Assembly: GCA_951406725.2 (NCBI GenBank)
Contig: OX597828.1
Span: 49,848,001-49,912,000, forward strand
From: Octopus vulgaris
Taxonomy: Eukaryota
DNA: 64,000 nucleotides
Reading direction: 5' to 3'
This document shows, one piece after another, positions 1 to 11,886 of the stretch; position 1 is the first letter of the stretch; every line of letters starts with the position of its first letter. Made by a program: the position numbers and the translations under genes. The notes below the pieces were generated by a model. The model made no database searches. It was not told the DNA's origin and saw only the letters and a list, made by a program, of their open reading frames with translations.

Positions 1-484
1 GCTGTGAGTGTATATGTGCATTGGCACCTTATGTTGTTACTCTTGTAGGTCCTCATTTAACAAAAAAAAAAAAAAAAAGAGAAAAGAAAACATACTCTAT
101 TGTATGCACTGAGTGCTACTCCTCTCGTTCGTAAAACTAAAGTAACGTATATGCCTATCTACAAACATTACATGCTCCATTTGTAGGTGACTCCATCTCA
201 CCAATCTGCGACCATATATTATTGTATGAATGTCTAACTATAACTTATTATTATAAACATCCTAGTAAGTCGATTACATAAATAACTCCAATAGAGCGCC
301 GACAATACTTCATGTCGCTATATACATTACTTTAGTACACTTCCCCTCAATTGACTCTCTCCCTCTCTTCGCAAATAGTTTTACTTTATTATGGACTCTA
401 TTAGCAGATGTTAAGCCGAGTTGATCTGTGCGACATTTATCATGTAACGTTATCATCCTTAGGTAAAATATTCACCATGTTATT

Positions 485-542
485 TTACGTAATCGAGCGG
501 CAACAGTTACCATGGTGCAGAGCTAATTTTAAATCGGCCCTC

Positions 543-573
<31 letters not shown>

Positions 574-637
574 AATGCATACATTTTATATACACACACA
601 TATATATATACGTACATGTATATCTATCTATACTCAT

Positions 638-672
<35 letters not shown>

Positions 673-864
673 ATATACACACACACACATACATATATAT
701 AAATATATATATATATATATTGCTAGATTGACTAAGAATATAGATAGATAGATAGATGGATGGATGGATAAAAGATAGAGATGTATCTAGTGTAAATAGT
801 GTGGTTGGACGCCGTATAAAAAAATGTTTTTTTTAGTCAAAATTGCTAAATGCGGACGCCCCCA

Positions 865-915
<51 letters not shown>

Positions 916-1320
916 TTCTCTATCTGTCTGTCTGTCTGTCTGTCTGTACATACGCGCGCGTGCGCGAAAATACTGAAGCTGGTGTGAAAAAGATAAGTAA
1001 AAAGACTATATATAAATGTCTAAAACTGAAATGAAATATTTTGCAGGCACCAGTAATATATATATCGAGTTTCGTGTCACTAAACTTATATTTTCCAAGT
1101 CATGGAGATGGCCTTGTGTCTACCAGAGAAATCCCACACGTTCACACCTATCCACACATCGACACTCTGCCGTTTCCATTGATAATTTCTATCGTAGCTT
1201 TGACACAACAACAGGTTTCCATTGATTTCCGATGATTAACATAAAAGTGGGCGCGTCCAAAGAATTCAGGAAATAATACTTGTAACTTCCGGTCCGGTTA
1301 CGTACGTTTACTTCCGGATA
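485..1320. promoter_or_regulatory. Candidate CpG-enriched promoter region
   Basis: Two ETS-type ACTTCCGG sites (~1285, ~1310), E2F-like GCGCGAAAA (962-970), X-box-like GTTACCATGG (506-515), local CpG enrichment. No transcript identified. Confidence 0.3.
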
Positions 1321-1370
1321 CTAAGTTAACTCTGAGTTTCATTCAATTATTTCCTTTCCATCTTCACCTC

Positions 1371-1374
<4 letters not shown>

Positions 1375-1411
<37 letters not shown>

Positions 1412-1430
1412 ATAATAATTATTATTATTA

Positions 1431-1470
<40 letters not shown>

Positions 1471-1484
1471 CATTATTATTATTA

Positions 1485-1543
<59 letters not shown>

Positions 1544-1610
1544 TATTATTGTTATTATTATTATTATTATTTATAACAAATGAATGAAAGAAGATTCGTT
1601 GAAGCTACTA

Positions 1611-1672
<62 letters not shown>

Positions 1673-1701
1673 TAATAATAATATGAACTGCTCTCTCACT
1701 C

Positions 1702-1733
<32 letters not shown>

Positions 1734-1776
1734 TAATTATTATTGCTAGTTGAAAATTATTATTATTATTATTATT
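1375..1776. repeat. (TTA)n/(AAT)n microsatellites with an embedded inverted repeat
   Basis: Trinucleotide tracts read directly. 1571-1630 is the reverse complement of ~1757-1816. Confidence 0.9.
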
Positions 1777-2334
1777 TAGTAGCTTCAACGAATCTTCTTT
1801 CATTCATTTGTTATAATTAACAGTGGTTTGAAATAATATTTTACGAAAATGAAAACATCCCACATAGGAAAAAATAAAATTTTTTTAATGATAAATTATG
1901 TTTTCTTTGATAATGTTTCTGAAACGATTTCAATGAAAAATTGAAACCAGATGTCAGTAGTCCATCATTTTACTCCATTCGTAACAAACATTTAACAGAA
2001 AGAAAATAAATAAATAAATAAATAAAGAAAGAAAGAAAGAAAGAAAGAAAAATTAAAAAAACCCCGAAAATTATCTGTGGCAATCTGCGGTGAATATGGC
2101 CAGATGTGATAGTTTTAGAAATGTTTGACAAGATTTACTGTATAAACTTTAGCTTAGATAACAAGAGTACAAAGTTTTAAGACTGAATGAGTTTAGAGTT
2201 TATACAAGAGTATTATCTATGTGGGCGTTAATTCGTTTGTAGGTTAAAGCTGCTTCCTCTGTCTGTCTGTCTGTCTCTCTGTGTTGAGCAGTGATTCTTT
2301 ACGTTTTGAGATTAATTTGTGTTACTAATTATTT

Positions 2335-2541
2335 TGTTGTTGTTGTCGTCATCGTCATCATCATCATCATCGTCACCATCATCATCACCACCACCACCAT
2401 CACCATCACCACCACCATCATCATCATCATCACCACCATCACCACCACCATCACCACCACCACCATCATCATCATCATCACCACCATCACCACCACCACC
2501 ACCACCACCACCATCATCATCATCATCGTCGTCATCATCAT
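2335..2541. repeat. (CAT/CAC)n compound microsatellite
   Basis: Read directly. Explains the homopolymeric ORFs at 2291-2621. Confidence 0.95.
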
Positions 2542-2550
2542 TCTTATGCC

Positions 2551-2799
2551 GGCGAGTCGGCAGAATTGTTAGCACGCCGGGCAAAATGCTTAGCAGTATT
2601 TCGTCCGCCTCTACGTTCTGAGTTCAAATTCCGTCGAGGTCGATTTTGCCTTTCATCCTTTCAAAGTCGATAAAATTAGTACCAGTTACGCACTGGGGTC
2701 GATGTAATCGAATTAATCCCTTCCCCAAAATTTGAGCCCTTGTGCTTCCAATAGAAAGTATTGTTAATATTATTATTATTATTATTATCATCATCATCA

Positions 2800-2837
<38 letters not shown>

Positions 2838-3480
2838 TATTATTATTAAGCTGGCAAGTTGGCAGAATCGTTAGCATGCCAGGCAAAGTACTTAGCAGTA
2901 TTTCGCCCGTCTCTACGTTCTGAGTTCAAATTCAATGGAGGTTGACTTTGCCTTTCATCCTTTTGGGGTCAATGAAATAAGTACCTGTGAAACACGAGTT
3001 GATATAATTGACTAGTCCCCTCCCCCCAAACTGCAGGCCATTGTGCCTTTAGTAGAAAGGATTATTATTATTAAGACGGTGAGCTGGCAGAATCATAAGC
3101 ACACCAGGTGAAAAGCTTAGTGGCATTTTGTCTTTACATTCTTAGTTCAAATTCTGCTGAGGTTGATTTTGCCTTTCATGCCTTCGGGGTTGCTAAAATA
3201 CGTACCAGCTGAGTACTGGAGTCAATGTAATCGACTGGTCCCCTCTCCCCAAATTTCAGGCCTTGCTTTCGTTGTTGTTGTTTAGGTGGCGAGCTGGTAG
3301 ACTCGCTAGCATACCAGGCAAAACAGCAGAATTACATGTCTTTTTGTTCTGAGTTCAAATGCCACCAAGGTCAACTTTATGTTGGGGTCGATAAAATAAG
3401 TATCTGTTAAGCACTGGGGTCAGTGCAGTCAACTTACCCCCTCCCCAAGATTTCAGACCTTGTGCCTATAGTAGGAAGTA
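2551..3480 (+). mobile_element. Four head-to-tail copies of a ~210-bp tRNA-derived SINE (family A)
   Basis: Units at ~2551, 2850, 3075 and 3284 share an A-box-like TGGCAGAATCGTT, a B-box-like GAGTTCAAATTC and the core GACTTTGCCTTTCATCCTTTCGGGGTCGATAAA. They are separated by (TTA)/(TCA)/(TTG)n. Confidence 0.85.
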
Positions 3481-3514
3481 TTGTTGTTTTTATTGTTGTT
3501 GCTACTGCTGTTGT

Positions 3515-4015
3515 CTTCTTCTTCTTCTTCTTCTTCTTCTTTCAATCAGGACTCACACCATTAACCACAAAGCATAATCTCTAATTCGAGCCTACTCTAA
3601 GTTACTAAGAATGCGTGTGGCAACTTGAAGATCCACCCACCACATGCGATAGACTGGCGGTTGCACGGGCGCGATGGCTACGTTGTTATCCTCATTCCGT
3701 AAACGGTGCCTTTTAACGGGTGGAGAGCTGAACCATCCTGGGGTACAGAGGATTCGCAGTCTAGACTAGGGTCTGAAAGTTTACCACACCATAGTGAGTT
3801 ACACCATGGTTCCTCTGCTTTGTGGCAGAAGTAGGAAGATTGAGAGAAGGTTGTGGTGAAAGAGTACAGCGGGGTTCACTCCCCCACCGCCAGAGCCTTG
3901 TGGAGCTTAGGTGTTTTTGCTCAATAAACACTCACAATACTCGGTCTGGGAATTGAAACCACATTCTTACGACTGCGAGTCTGCTGCCCTAACCACTGTG
4001 CCATTGCGCCTCCAC
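3515..4015 (-). mobile_element. tRNA-derived SINE (family C head) with (GAA)n-ending tail
   Basis: Minus-strand head GGAGGCGCAATGG..CAGTGGTTAGGGCAGC shared with copies at 11527, 22192 and 58307. Confidence 0.8.
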
Positions 4016-4111
4016 TCTGCTGTTGTTGTTCAATTGTTTCAGTCACTCAGAAGAGCATTAAGAGGTTCTTGATGTCCCACCACTAATTTTGGAGCAAACC
4101 TCAGCTCTAAA

Positions 4112-4360
4112 TGTTGCCGGTGGCACGTAAAACACTATCCGTTCATGGCCGTTTGCCAGCTCTGTCTGGCACCTGTGCAGGTGGCACGTAAAAAGCACCC
4201 ACTACACTGACGGAGTGGTTGGCGATAGGAAGGGCATCCAGCCGTAGAAACACTGCCAGATCTGACTGGGCCTGATGAAGTCTTCCGGCTTCACAGACCC
4301 CAGTTAAACCGTCCAACCCATGCTAGCATGGAAAACGAACGCTAAATGATGATGATGATG
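4112..4360 (+). mobile_element. RTE LINE 3'-UTR fragment ending in (GAT)n
   Basis: Same sequence follows RTE ORF2 at 28620-28954. Other copies at ~6770, 13220, 22875(-), 23695, 31690, 41075, 42945, 62075 and 63750. Confidence 0.85.
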
Positions 4361-4869
4361 TTTTGTCTGTTTAAATATTGTAATTTCCTGTGATTTTATG
4401 TTCGAAATAAATGAATTACACAAAGACAAAGAGAGAGACAGAGAGGCTCTCATATACATTTTTGATTTAGCAAACGACAGAAAAGATACTCCATATATAT
4501 TGAGTATATTTGCTAATCACTAGTTTCCTGTGTGTGTAAAGGATTAGTGAAAGTTTACGTTAGCAAACAAGACTGAAGGGAAACCACAGAATGCATTAAG
4601 TAGTGGACTTTATTTTATTAGAAGCTTAAGTTTCTCCATAATGCTCAAGCTTCAGTCTATAATAATAGTAATGGTCTCAAATTTTGGCACAGGACCAGCA
4701 GATATTGAGGGAAGTTGATCACATTGGCTCCAGTGCACAACTTGTACTTGTTTTATTGACCCCCGAAAGGATGAATGGCTAAGTCAACCTTGATGGAATT
4801 TGAACTCCCCTTCTCTTTCTCCTTCCCTCTCTACCTCTCTTTGCTTCTGTTTTGATGATGATGATGATG

Positions 4870-5215
4870 ATAAAGGTAAAGACCTTCTTCAGATGTGAAT
4901 GACCATGGGATTGCACCTAGAAAGTTCCCCTCTAATGTACAAGTCTGAGCAAGATTGTTTGTGGAAGACCAGCAGTTGCTTGTATACCAGCCTCCCCCTC
5001 TCCATGCCACCGATGTTATCCAAGGGAAAAGCAAAGGGGCCAATACAGCTTGGAACCAGTGATGTCACAACTCGTTTCTACAGCTGAGTGAACTGGAGCA
5101 ACATGAAGTAAAGTATCTTGCTCAAGAACACAACACATAGCTCGGTCTGGGAATCAAACTCACAACCTCATGATCGTGAGTCCAACACTCTAACCACTGA
5201 GCCATGTGCCTTCAC
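4870..5215 (-). mobile_element. tRNA-derived SINE
   Basis: Minus-strand head GTGAAGGCACATGGCTCAGTGGTTAGAGTGTTGGACTCACGATC, flanked by (ATG)n. Confidence 0.7.
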
Positions 5216-5584
5216 AATGATGATGATATAAGTATATACAAAAGGCTTCCTCATCCACCCCTCCTCACCCTTCACCTCCACCTCCTCATCATCATCATCA
5301 TTATCATTGTCCTAATCAACTTTCTCTTCATTACCTTCATATACAGTTTTGTATTTCCTATTAAAAAATGAAACGTGTAATGATGAATAAATATCACCAA
5401 ATTTCTTTTCCCCCAATCTCTTGTTTTGATATATAATCACTCTACAACTAATATTTCTACAAGTTTCAACTCTTATGTATACCTCACACAAATATAACAT
5501 CTACATATGGAATTGGTGTACTGGAGAAAGCAGATGTACTTCAAGAACACTCAGCAATTAGAGCAAGATCGTCAGCATAGAGGA

Positions 5585-6008
5585 GTTACCAGGGCCATCC
5601 TGTCTTGAATTCCTCTGTTATTGCCTGGAGGACTATGATAAATAGGAGGAGGCTAAGGACTGAACCTTGGTGGACCCCTACTTCTACACGGAATTCTTCA
5701 CTATACTCATTGCCAACCCTCACCTTACTGACAGCATCCTGTACATGGCTTGCACAGCTCTCACTAACCATTCATCTATCCCTAGTTTCCTCATTGATCA
5801 CTGGATAAGGGATCGGGGGACCCTGTCAAAGGCTATCTCCATGTCAACGAAAGCCAGGTACAGAGGTTTGTCTTTGGCTAGGTATTTCTCCTGCAGCTGT
5901 CTTATCAGAAATATAGCATCAGTGGTGCTTTTCCCTGGCACGAACCCAAACTGCATCTCATCTAAACTGACTCTCTCCCTAATTAGTTGGGCTATGACCC
6001 TCTCCATG
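5585..6008 (-). mobile_element. RTE-clade LINE reverse transcriptase fragment
   Basis: QFGFVPGKSTTDAIF, LYLAFVDMEIAFDRVP and GVHQGSVLS motifs. Near-identical to 29140-29535. Confidence 0.9.
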
Positions 6009-6954
6009 ACTTCATTATTGGAAAATCTGAAACAACCAGTAATACATATCTATTGCTCGCTGATACAATTGTAGTCTTGTACTGGTTTCATTCATTGGAC
6101 TCTGGCCATAATGAATTCTAATTAAAAGGAATGTAATTGTTAGTGATTTAATTCTGTAAATTAATTCAGAAGAATTAATTGCAAAGTTTTGTGATGGTGA
6201 ACTGAAACAATAACACCAGATGGTTTGGTTGTTTTAATTGAAAACATAAACATGATGATGAATTTTAAAAGAATCACATTCCATGAAAAGCTGTGTTGAT
6301 GGAAATCTACAAAAATTTTCCAACTTGTTTGAAGAATTTTCTATGGTGGCTTATGTTGTTCTTTAGTTCTTCAGCCCCTTGTAGGCCTTGATTGAACAGG
6401 TGTATGATCAAAAGCTTTCTACCCAATAACCACCTTGTCCATTTTAAAGCAAGGTATGCTATATCCTTATGCGTTGTAAGAGACAACTAAACAGTTGGCA
6501 TCAGGAAAGGCATCCTATCATAAAATATTGCCTGAGAAAGTCCCACCCTTTACATACCAGCTGGAAGAGCAGACTGATGATGATGATGATGATGAGGAGG
6601 AGGAGGAAGCAATGTCATTTTTCATATGTGATGTTGTGGTGTTGCAAAATTTGACCTGTGCATATTCATTTCCATTATGTCCTTTATATTGTATCAAATT
6701 TCCTGTATTTATTTGTAAAGTTAAGGAAGTTATTAAAAATTGAAACCTGTCAGTGACTTTTGAGACACCCTGTGTAAAAAGCACCCACTACACTCATGGA
6801 ATGGTTGGCGTTAGGAAGGGCATCCAGCTGTAGAAGCACTGCCAGATCAGACTGGAGCCTGGTGCAGCCTCCTAGCTTCCCAAACCCCGGTTGAACCGCC
6901 CAACCCCTGCTAGCATGGAAAACGGACGTTAAACAATGATGATGATGATGATGA

Positions 6955-7008
<54 letters not shown>

Positions 7009-7227
7009 ATGTATGTATAGATTAATCATAGGATTTAGTAGAAACTAGGCACATAGACACACAAGATGCCAGCACTGGCTAGGTATCCTAATTTTGTGTT
7101 CACAGTGAGGTAAAACAACCATGAGGTATCGTGTGTTTGTAGTATACTGCAGATATGTATATATGTAGGTACCAAATCCAATGTAAACTGTAGATCCAAC
7201 TTGTGGTGTGTTCAAGGTGTGGTGTAG

Positions 7228-7264
<37 letters not shown>

Positions 7265-7689
7265 TATATGTACAATATCATTCCTGTTTATGTATACCAG
7301 GCTATATGATTTAATGTCCCCTTTCCTTTTTTTATAGCAGCTGTGTATGATTTGAGGAAGATTTGTTTGCTATTTCCAGCATGTTAAGTGAGCACATAGG
7401 TGTTCCCTCATTGGCTTGTCCTATACATGTTATAAGTTGCAATGATAATGAAATATGTTTTGTGATGTTACACTGAATGGTTCTTTTGCACTGAATTTAC
7501 AAAACATGGCTGGCTTCGTAGAAAATAATAAGTATGTACAACTAACAGTATTAGGCTGTGAAAAACATGCCAAGAACATAAACTGTTTAATAGTGTAAAA
7601 GTTCTAAGCATTACTGATTTTAGGGGGTAAAAAAAAAAAGTTGTTTACTAGTTTTAGTGTTAGCAGGAATGTACGACTTGTGAAATTTT

Positions 7690-7900
7690 AAACAAATGGT
7701 TTATTACTAAGAGAGTGGAACCAGAAGGGAAGTAAAGAACAGTATTGCTGCTTCTTGACAACTACGTGGCACACCCTTTTGAAGATTGTGGGAAAAACAT
7801 TCATTTGGAATTTCTGTTTGCCAACACCAGATTTTTGGTGCCATCAGTGAAATTTGGAGCCAGAAAATCAGAAAACATCATAAACAAAACAAAAAAAATG
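7690..7900 (+). mobile_element. pogo/Tigger transposase remnant, interrupted by a SINE
   Basis: LLLLDNYVAHP...NIHLEFLFANT resembles the DDE_1 motif LllDNc.aH...FLPpNTT. Confidence 0.5.
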
Positions 7901-7902
7901 TA

Positions 7903-8315
7903 TGGCGCAGGAGTGGCTGTGTGGTAAGTAGCTTGCTAACCAGCCACATGGTTCCGGGTTCAGTCCCACTGCATGGCATCTTGGGCAAGTGTCTTCTGCT
8001 ATAGCCCCAGACCGACCAATGCCTTGTGAGTGGATTTGGTAGACGGAAACTGAAAGAAGCCTGTGGTATATATGTATATGTATATATATGTATGTGTGTT
8101 TTTGTGTGTCTGTGTTTGTCCCCCTAGCATTGCTTGACAACCGATGCTGGTGTGTTTACGTCTCCGTCACTTAGCGGTTCGGCAAAAGAGACCGATAGAA
8201 TAAGTCCTGGGCTTACAAAGAATAAGTCCTGGGGTCGATTTGCTCGACTAAAGGCGGTGCTCCAGCATGGCCGCAGTCAAATGACTGAAACAAGTAAAGA
8301 GTAAAAAGAGAGTAA
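7903..8315 (+). mobile_element. Full-length ~400-bp tRNA-derived SINE (family B)
   Basis: GGCGCAGGAGTGGCTGTGTGGTAAG head, GGTTCAGTCCC B-box, internal (TA/TG)n and AAGAGT tail. Relatives at ~8980, 20556, 22018, 34610(-), 39000, 40402, 51922 and 63627(-). Confidence 0.85.
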
Positions 8316-8717
8316 GAGCAATAGAGAGAAGGTAAGCGATACATTTGCACAGATGAAAGAAAAAGAAAATCTGTTGGTAAAAATGTTTCAACTGATTCAG
8401 AAATCAGTGAATCTGTTGACTTTATACAAAACATTAAAGCTTTCAGATGGTCATTGATGATGAGAAATCATTAGCTGGATCATTCAGATTGATTGCTTTA
8501 TTCTGTGTATTTCAAAATAATCTGTAATGGAGGTGGTATACAAGGCTGTTATTGAAAGCTGCCCTTTCTCTGTCTCTATCTGTCTGTCTGTCTGTCTGTC
8601 TCTTTCTCACACACATACATTAAACATGTATGAGTGTGCGTGTGTGTGTGAGTGTTAGATAGACAGATAAATAGAAATATATATGAATATAAGTATGTAT
8701 GTATGTATGTAGTTATG

Positions 8718-8755
<38 letters not shown>

Positions 8756-8756
<1 letters not shown>

Positions 8757-8900
8757 CTCCTTGTTTTTTCTGTGTCCCTTTCTGTAGAAGAGCATAGGCT
8801 CGAAACGTAAAATACTTTTTTCTATTCCTGAGCGTTATACTAATACATCTGTTTGTTTTGTACACCACCTGCCTTCGTCTTTTGTTTTTTTCGTAAACTC

Positions 8901-8904
<4 letters not shown>
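8756..8904 (+). mobile_element. Short Penelope-like terminal fragment with degenerate HHR-like motif (8779-8812)
   Basis: CTGTAGA-a-GAGC-atag-GCTC-GAAAC-GTA. 3' end abuts long (TA)n. Homologous to 13526-13725, 33510-33605 and 33749-33958. Confidence 0.55.
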
Positions 8905-8985
<81 letters not shown>

Positions 8986-9290
8986 CTGTGTTTGTCCCCT
9001 CCACCACCGCTTGATGTTGGTATGTTTATGTCCCCGTAACTTAGTGGTTTGGCCACAGAGAATGATAGAATGAGTACTAGGCTTACAAAGAATAAGTCAT
9101 GGGGTCGATTTGTTCAAATAAAGGTGGTGCTCCAGCATGGCTGCTGTCAAGTGACTGAAACAAGTAAAAGAAAAAATACATGTTTGTATATGGAAAAGTG
9201 GGTGTTAATGCAATGAAGATGATGAATGATGTTGATGTGTGTGTGTTTGTGTATATGTGTGAGGGTATATATACACACACACACATATAT

Positions 9291-9352
<62 letters not shown>

Positions 9353-9361
9353 TATATATAT

Positions 9362-10165
9362 AATACAAAAATGGGACAAGAATGCAAAACATCCAGACAG
9401 GTGATACAAAAAAGGGACAAAAAACATCCAGACAGACGGTACAAAGAAAACAAGGATGGGTATTTGGAGTTTTCTATCCTCAGTCGACATAACAACAGGT
9501 GTCTTTCGACTAAGGACGAATTAAATCTAACTGGCGTGTGTGGAAGTAAAGCTTTATGGCAGGGACATAAGATTTGACAGGCACAGGGAGGAATATAGAT
9601 GGTAGTCGAACCAAGAAAGAAAGGTCAGGCTTGGCTGAACACCAGTCATGTGGGGAGAGAGAGGTAGAGGCAGAAGGATAGAAGAATTAAGGAGAGGTGA
9701 GAAAAAAATGAAAGGGACAGGGTGAAGTGAAAGAGGAGGAAAAGTGAGCATGAAGAGAAGGCCAGGAAATGTGACAGAGGGGGAACAAAAGAACGAAGAG
9801 TGGAATGAACGAAGTAAGTGTGAAAGGGCTGATAGAAAGAAGGAAAGAATGAAAAAATAGAAAGAATAATAGTCGTACAAAATTTAGATATATATATACT
9901 TACATATAAAAGACCAAAGTATGTACACTGCTATATTTTTATGTATAAAAAATACAAAAATGGAACAAGAACACAAAACATCCAGCCAGTTAGGTGATAC
10001 AAAAGGGGACAAAAAAAAAAAAACAAAGCATCCGGACAGACGATACAAAGAAAACAAGGACAGGACATTTGGAGTTTTCTATCCTCACCTGAGTTCCAGA
10101 TTATCTTTGCAATTTCAGATGGTTATACTCGAGATTACTCCAATCTGGACAGCCCCTGATCTCTC
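9362..10165 (-). mobile_element. Partial-tandem repeat element, two copies of a ~125-bp end (9362-9485, 9952-10090)
   Basis: Both copies contain ACATCCAG..GGTGATACAAAA..CAGACG.TACAAAGAAAACAAGGA..TTTGGAGTTT(T)CTATCCTCA. Bounded by (TA)n. Confidence 0.55.
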
Positions 10166-10195
10166 CTATATATCTATATCTATCTATCTATGTCT

Positions 10196-10226
<31 letters not shown>

Positions 10227-10304
10227 TATAAAATCACAATCATCATTATCATCATCTACATGCATTTTCCATGCAGGCATGGGTTGGATGGTTTGACTTG
10301 AGCT

Positions 10305-10918
10305 AGTAACATTCACTATTTTATGTCTTTCGACTTTAGACCTTCTAAGGTCTAGTCATTGACCACAGAGCGACTCAGCCATGTTCCTGTTCAAGCGACA
10401 GACGACTAGTCAGCCAGCCAACCAGCCAGCCATGCTACTGCTCCAGCCATGAAGACACTATTATACACCAGCGACAGACAGGATGTTCTCCATCTCTGCT
10501 GCCGTCATCATCATCATTGTCTCCATCTCTGTCGACTTCAACAACATGTACACATCAACATCTACACAGGTTTAATCTCACGCTGTTTGTGAATATTGAC
10601 CCTGGTAAATACAGTCAAAGTCTACCTGAAGAACCATCTGTATCAAGAGACTCGGCTCGGCATTGAAGCCCCAACCGCGGCACGACATGTGCCCAACTAG
10701 CCTCTGCCACTATGCTAGCACTCACAACACACTATCTTTGTACACATTGTAAATAAAGTCTTCTCTCTCAAACAGTAGAATGGTTTTGTCATCCTTCATT
10801 TATTCCTTTTGGCACTGTATTTTATATCATGTATTTGGCTTATGTCAGGGGCGACAGTGCGGCGTTCAAAAGGAGACATTTGTCACCAACTCCTTACGTA
10901 CGGTCGTATTTCCTACAT
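10305..10918 (+). mobile_element. Possible truncated solo LTR
   Basis: ~610-bp block interrupting an RTE-tail copy, with internal AATAAA (~10752) and ending TTTCCTACA. No matching TG start or TSD seen. Confidence 0.3.
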
Positions 10919-11068
10919 GAACCACTTTACAGAGTGTAGTAGGATGTTTAATGTCACACCACCACCAGTGAGGTTACCTAAAAAGTAGAAGCATCCTCTT
11001 CATAGATACGGTTGGATCATATAAAAGTAATTGAATTATTCAGAGTATATGACAAGATAATTATGATT

Positions 11069-11316
11069 CATTTTTGGATTTGGTTTGCAAGATTCTTTAT
11101 ATGAGTTCGTGTGTTGAAGCATATTCTGTTTTGTCTGGGGAGAGTCGTTTTCTTTTTGTGCCTTATAATGTAACACACTCAACGGTAAAATTTCCACTTT
11201 AAGACTATTGAAAAGGTTGCAAGACGCAATGAAAATTTTAGGAAAATAAAAATAAGAAATAAGTGGAAATTTTATAAGGCACAAAAAGAAAATGACTCTC
11301 CCCAGACAAAACAGAA
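11069..11316. mobile_element. Fold-back/MITE-like element
   Basis: 45-bp inverted arms 11124-11168 and 11272-11316. 15-bp direct repeat AAGATAATTATGATT at 11054-11068 and 11315-11329. Confidence 0.7.
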
Positions 11317-11526
11317 GATAATTATGATTAGACTAGTAATAGGGAACACAACAGCAACAAGTATCTCTGCATATGTACCACAATCATGACTGACAGATAA
11401 GTTTTTAATGATTTCTTTGAGGTTCTCTTGTTGACTACTTTGATAAAGGCTAACAATAAGCTCATTATCATGGCTGAACCAGTGACTTTAATGGAAATGC
11501 TCAGCAACACTATGATTATGAATTTT

Positions 11527-11886
11527 TGGAAGCACTCCGTTGTTTACGACGACGAGGGTTCCGGTTGATCCGAATCAACGGAACAGCCTGCTCGTGAAAT
11601 GAATGTGTAAGTGGCTGAGCACTCCACAGACACGTGTACCCTTAACGTAGTTCTCGGGGGATATTCAGCGTGACACAGAGAGTGACAAGGCCGGCCCTTT
11701 GAAATACAGGTACAACAGAAACAGGAAGTAAGAGTGAGAGAGAGAAAGTTGTGGTGAAAGAGTACAGCAGGGATCACCACCATCTCCCTGCCGGAGCCTT
11801 GTGGAGCTTTAGGTGTTTTCGCTCAATAAACACTCAGAATGCCCGGAATGCCCGCTGCCCTAACCACTGGGCCATTGCGCCTCCAC
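11527..11886 (-). mobile_element. tRNA-derived SINE (family C head, second tail type)
   Basis: Shared head. GATTATGAAT occurs near both ends (TSD-like). Confidence 0.8.

Noticed and set aside
2291-2621. Poly-S/P, D/G and M/V ORFs
   Set aside because: All frames come from a (CAT/CAC)n microsatellite.
9460-9490. Minus-strand CTGAGGA-ta-GAAA as a hammerhead
   Set aside because: Only 2 nt separate the boxes, so helix II cannot form, and no consistent helix I or III was found.
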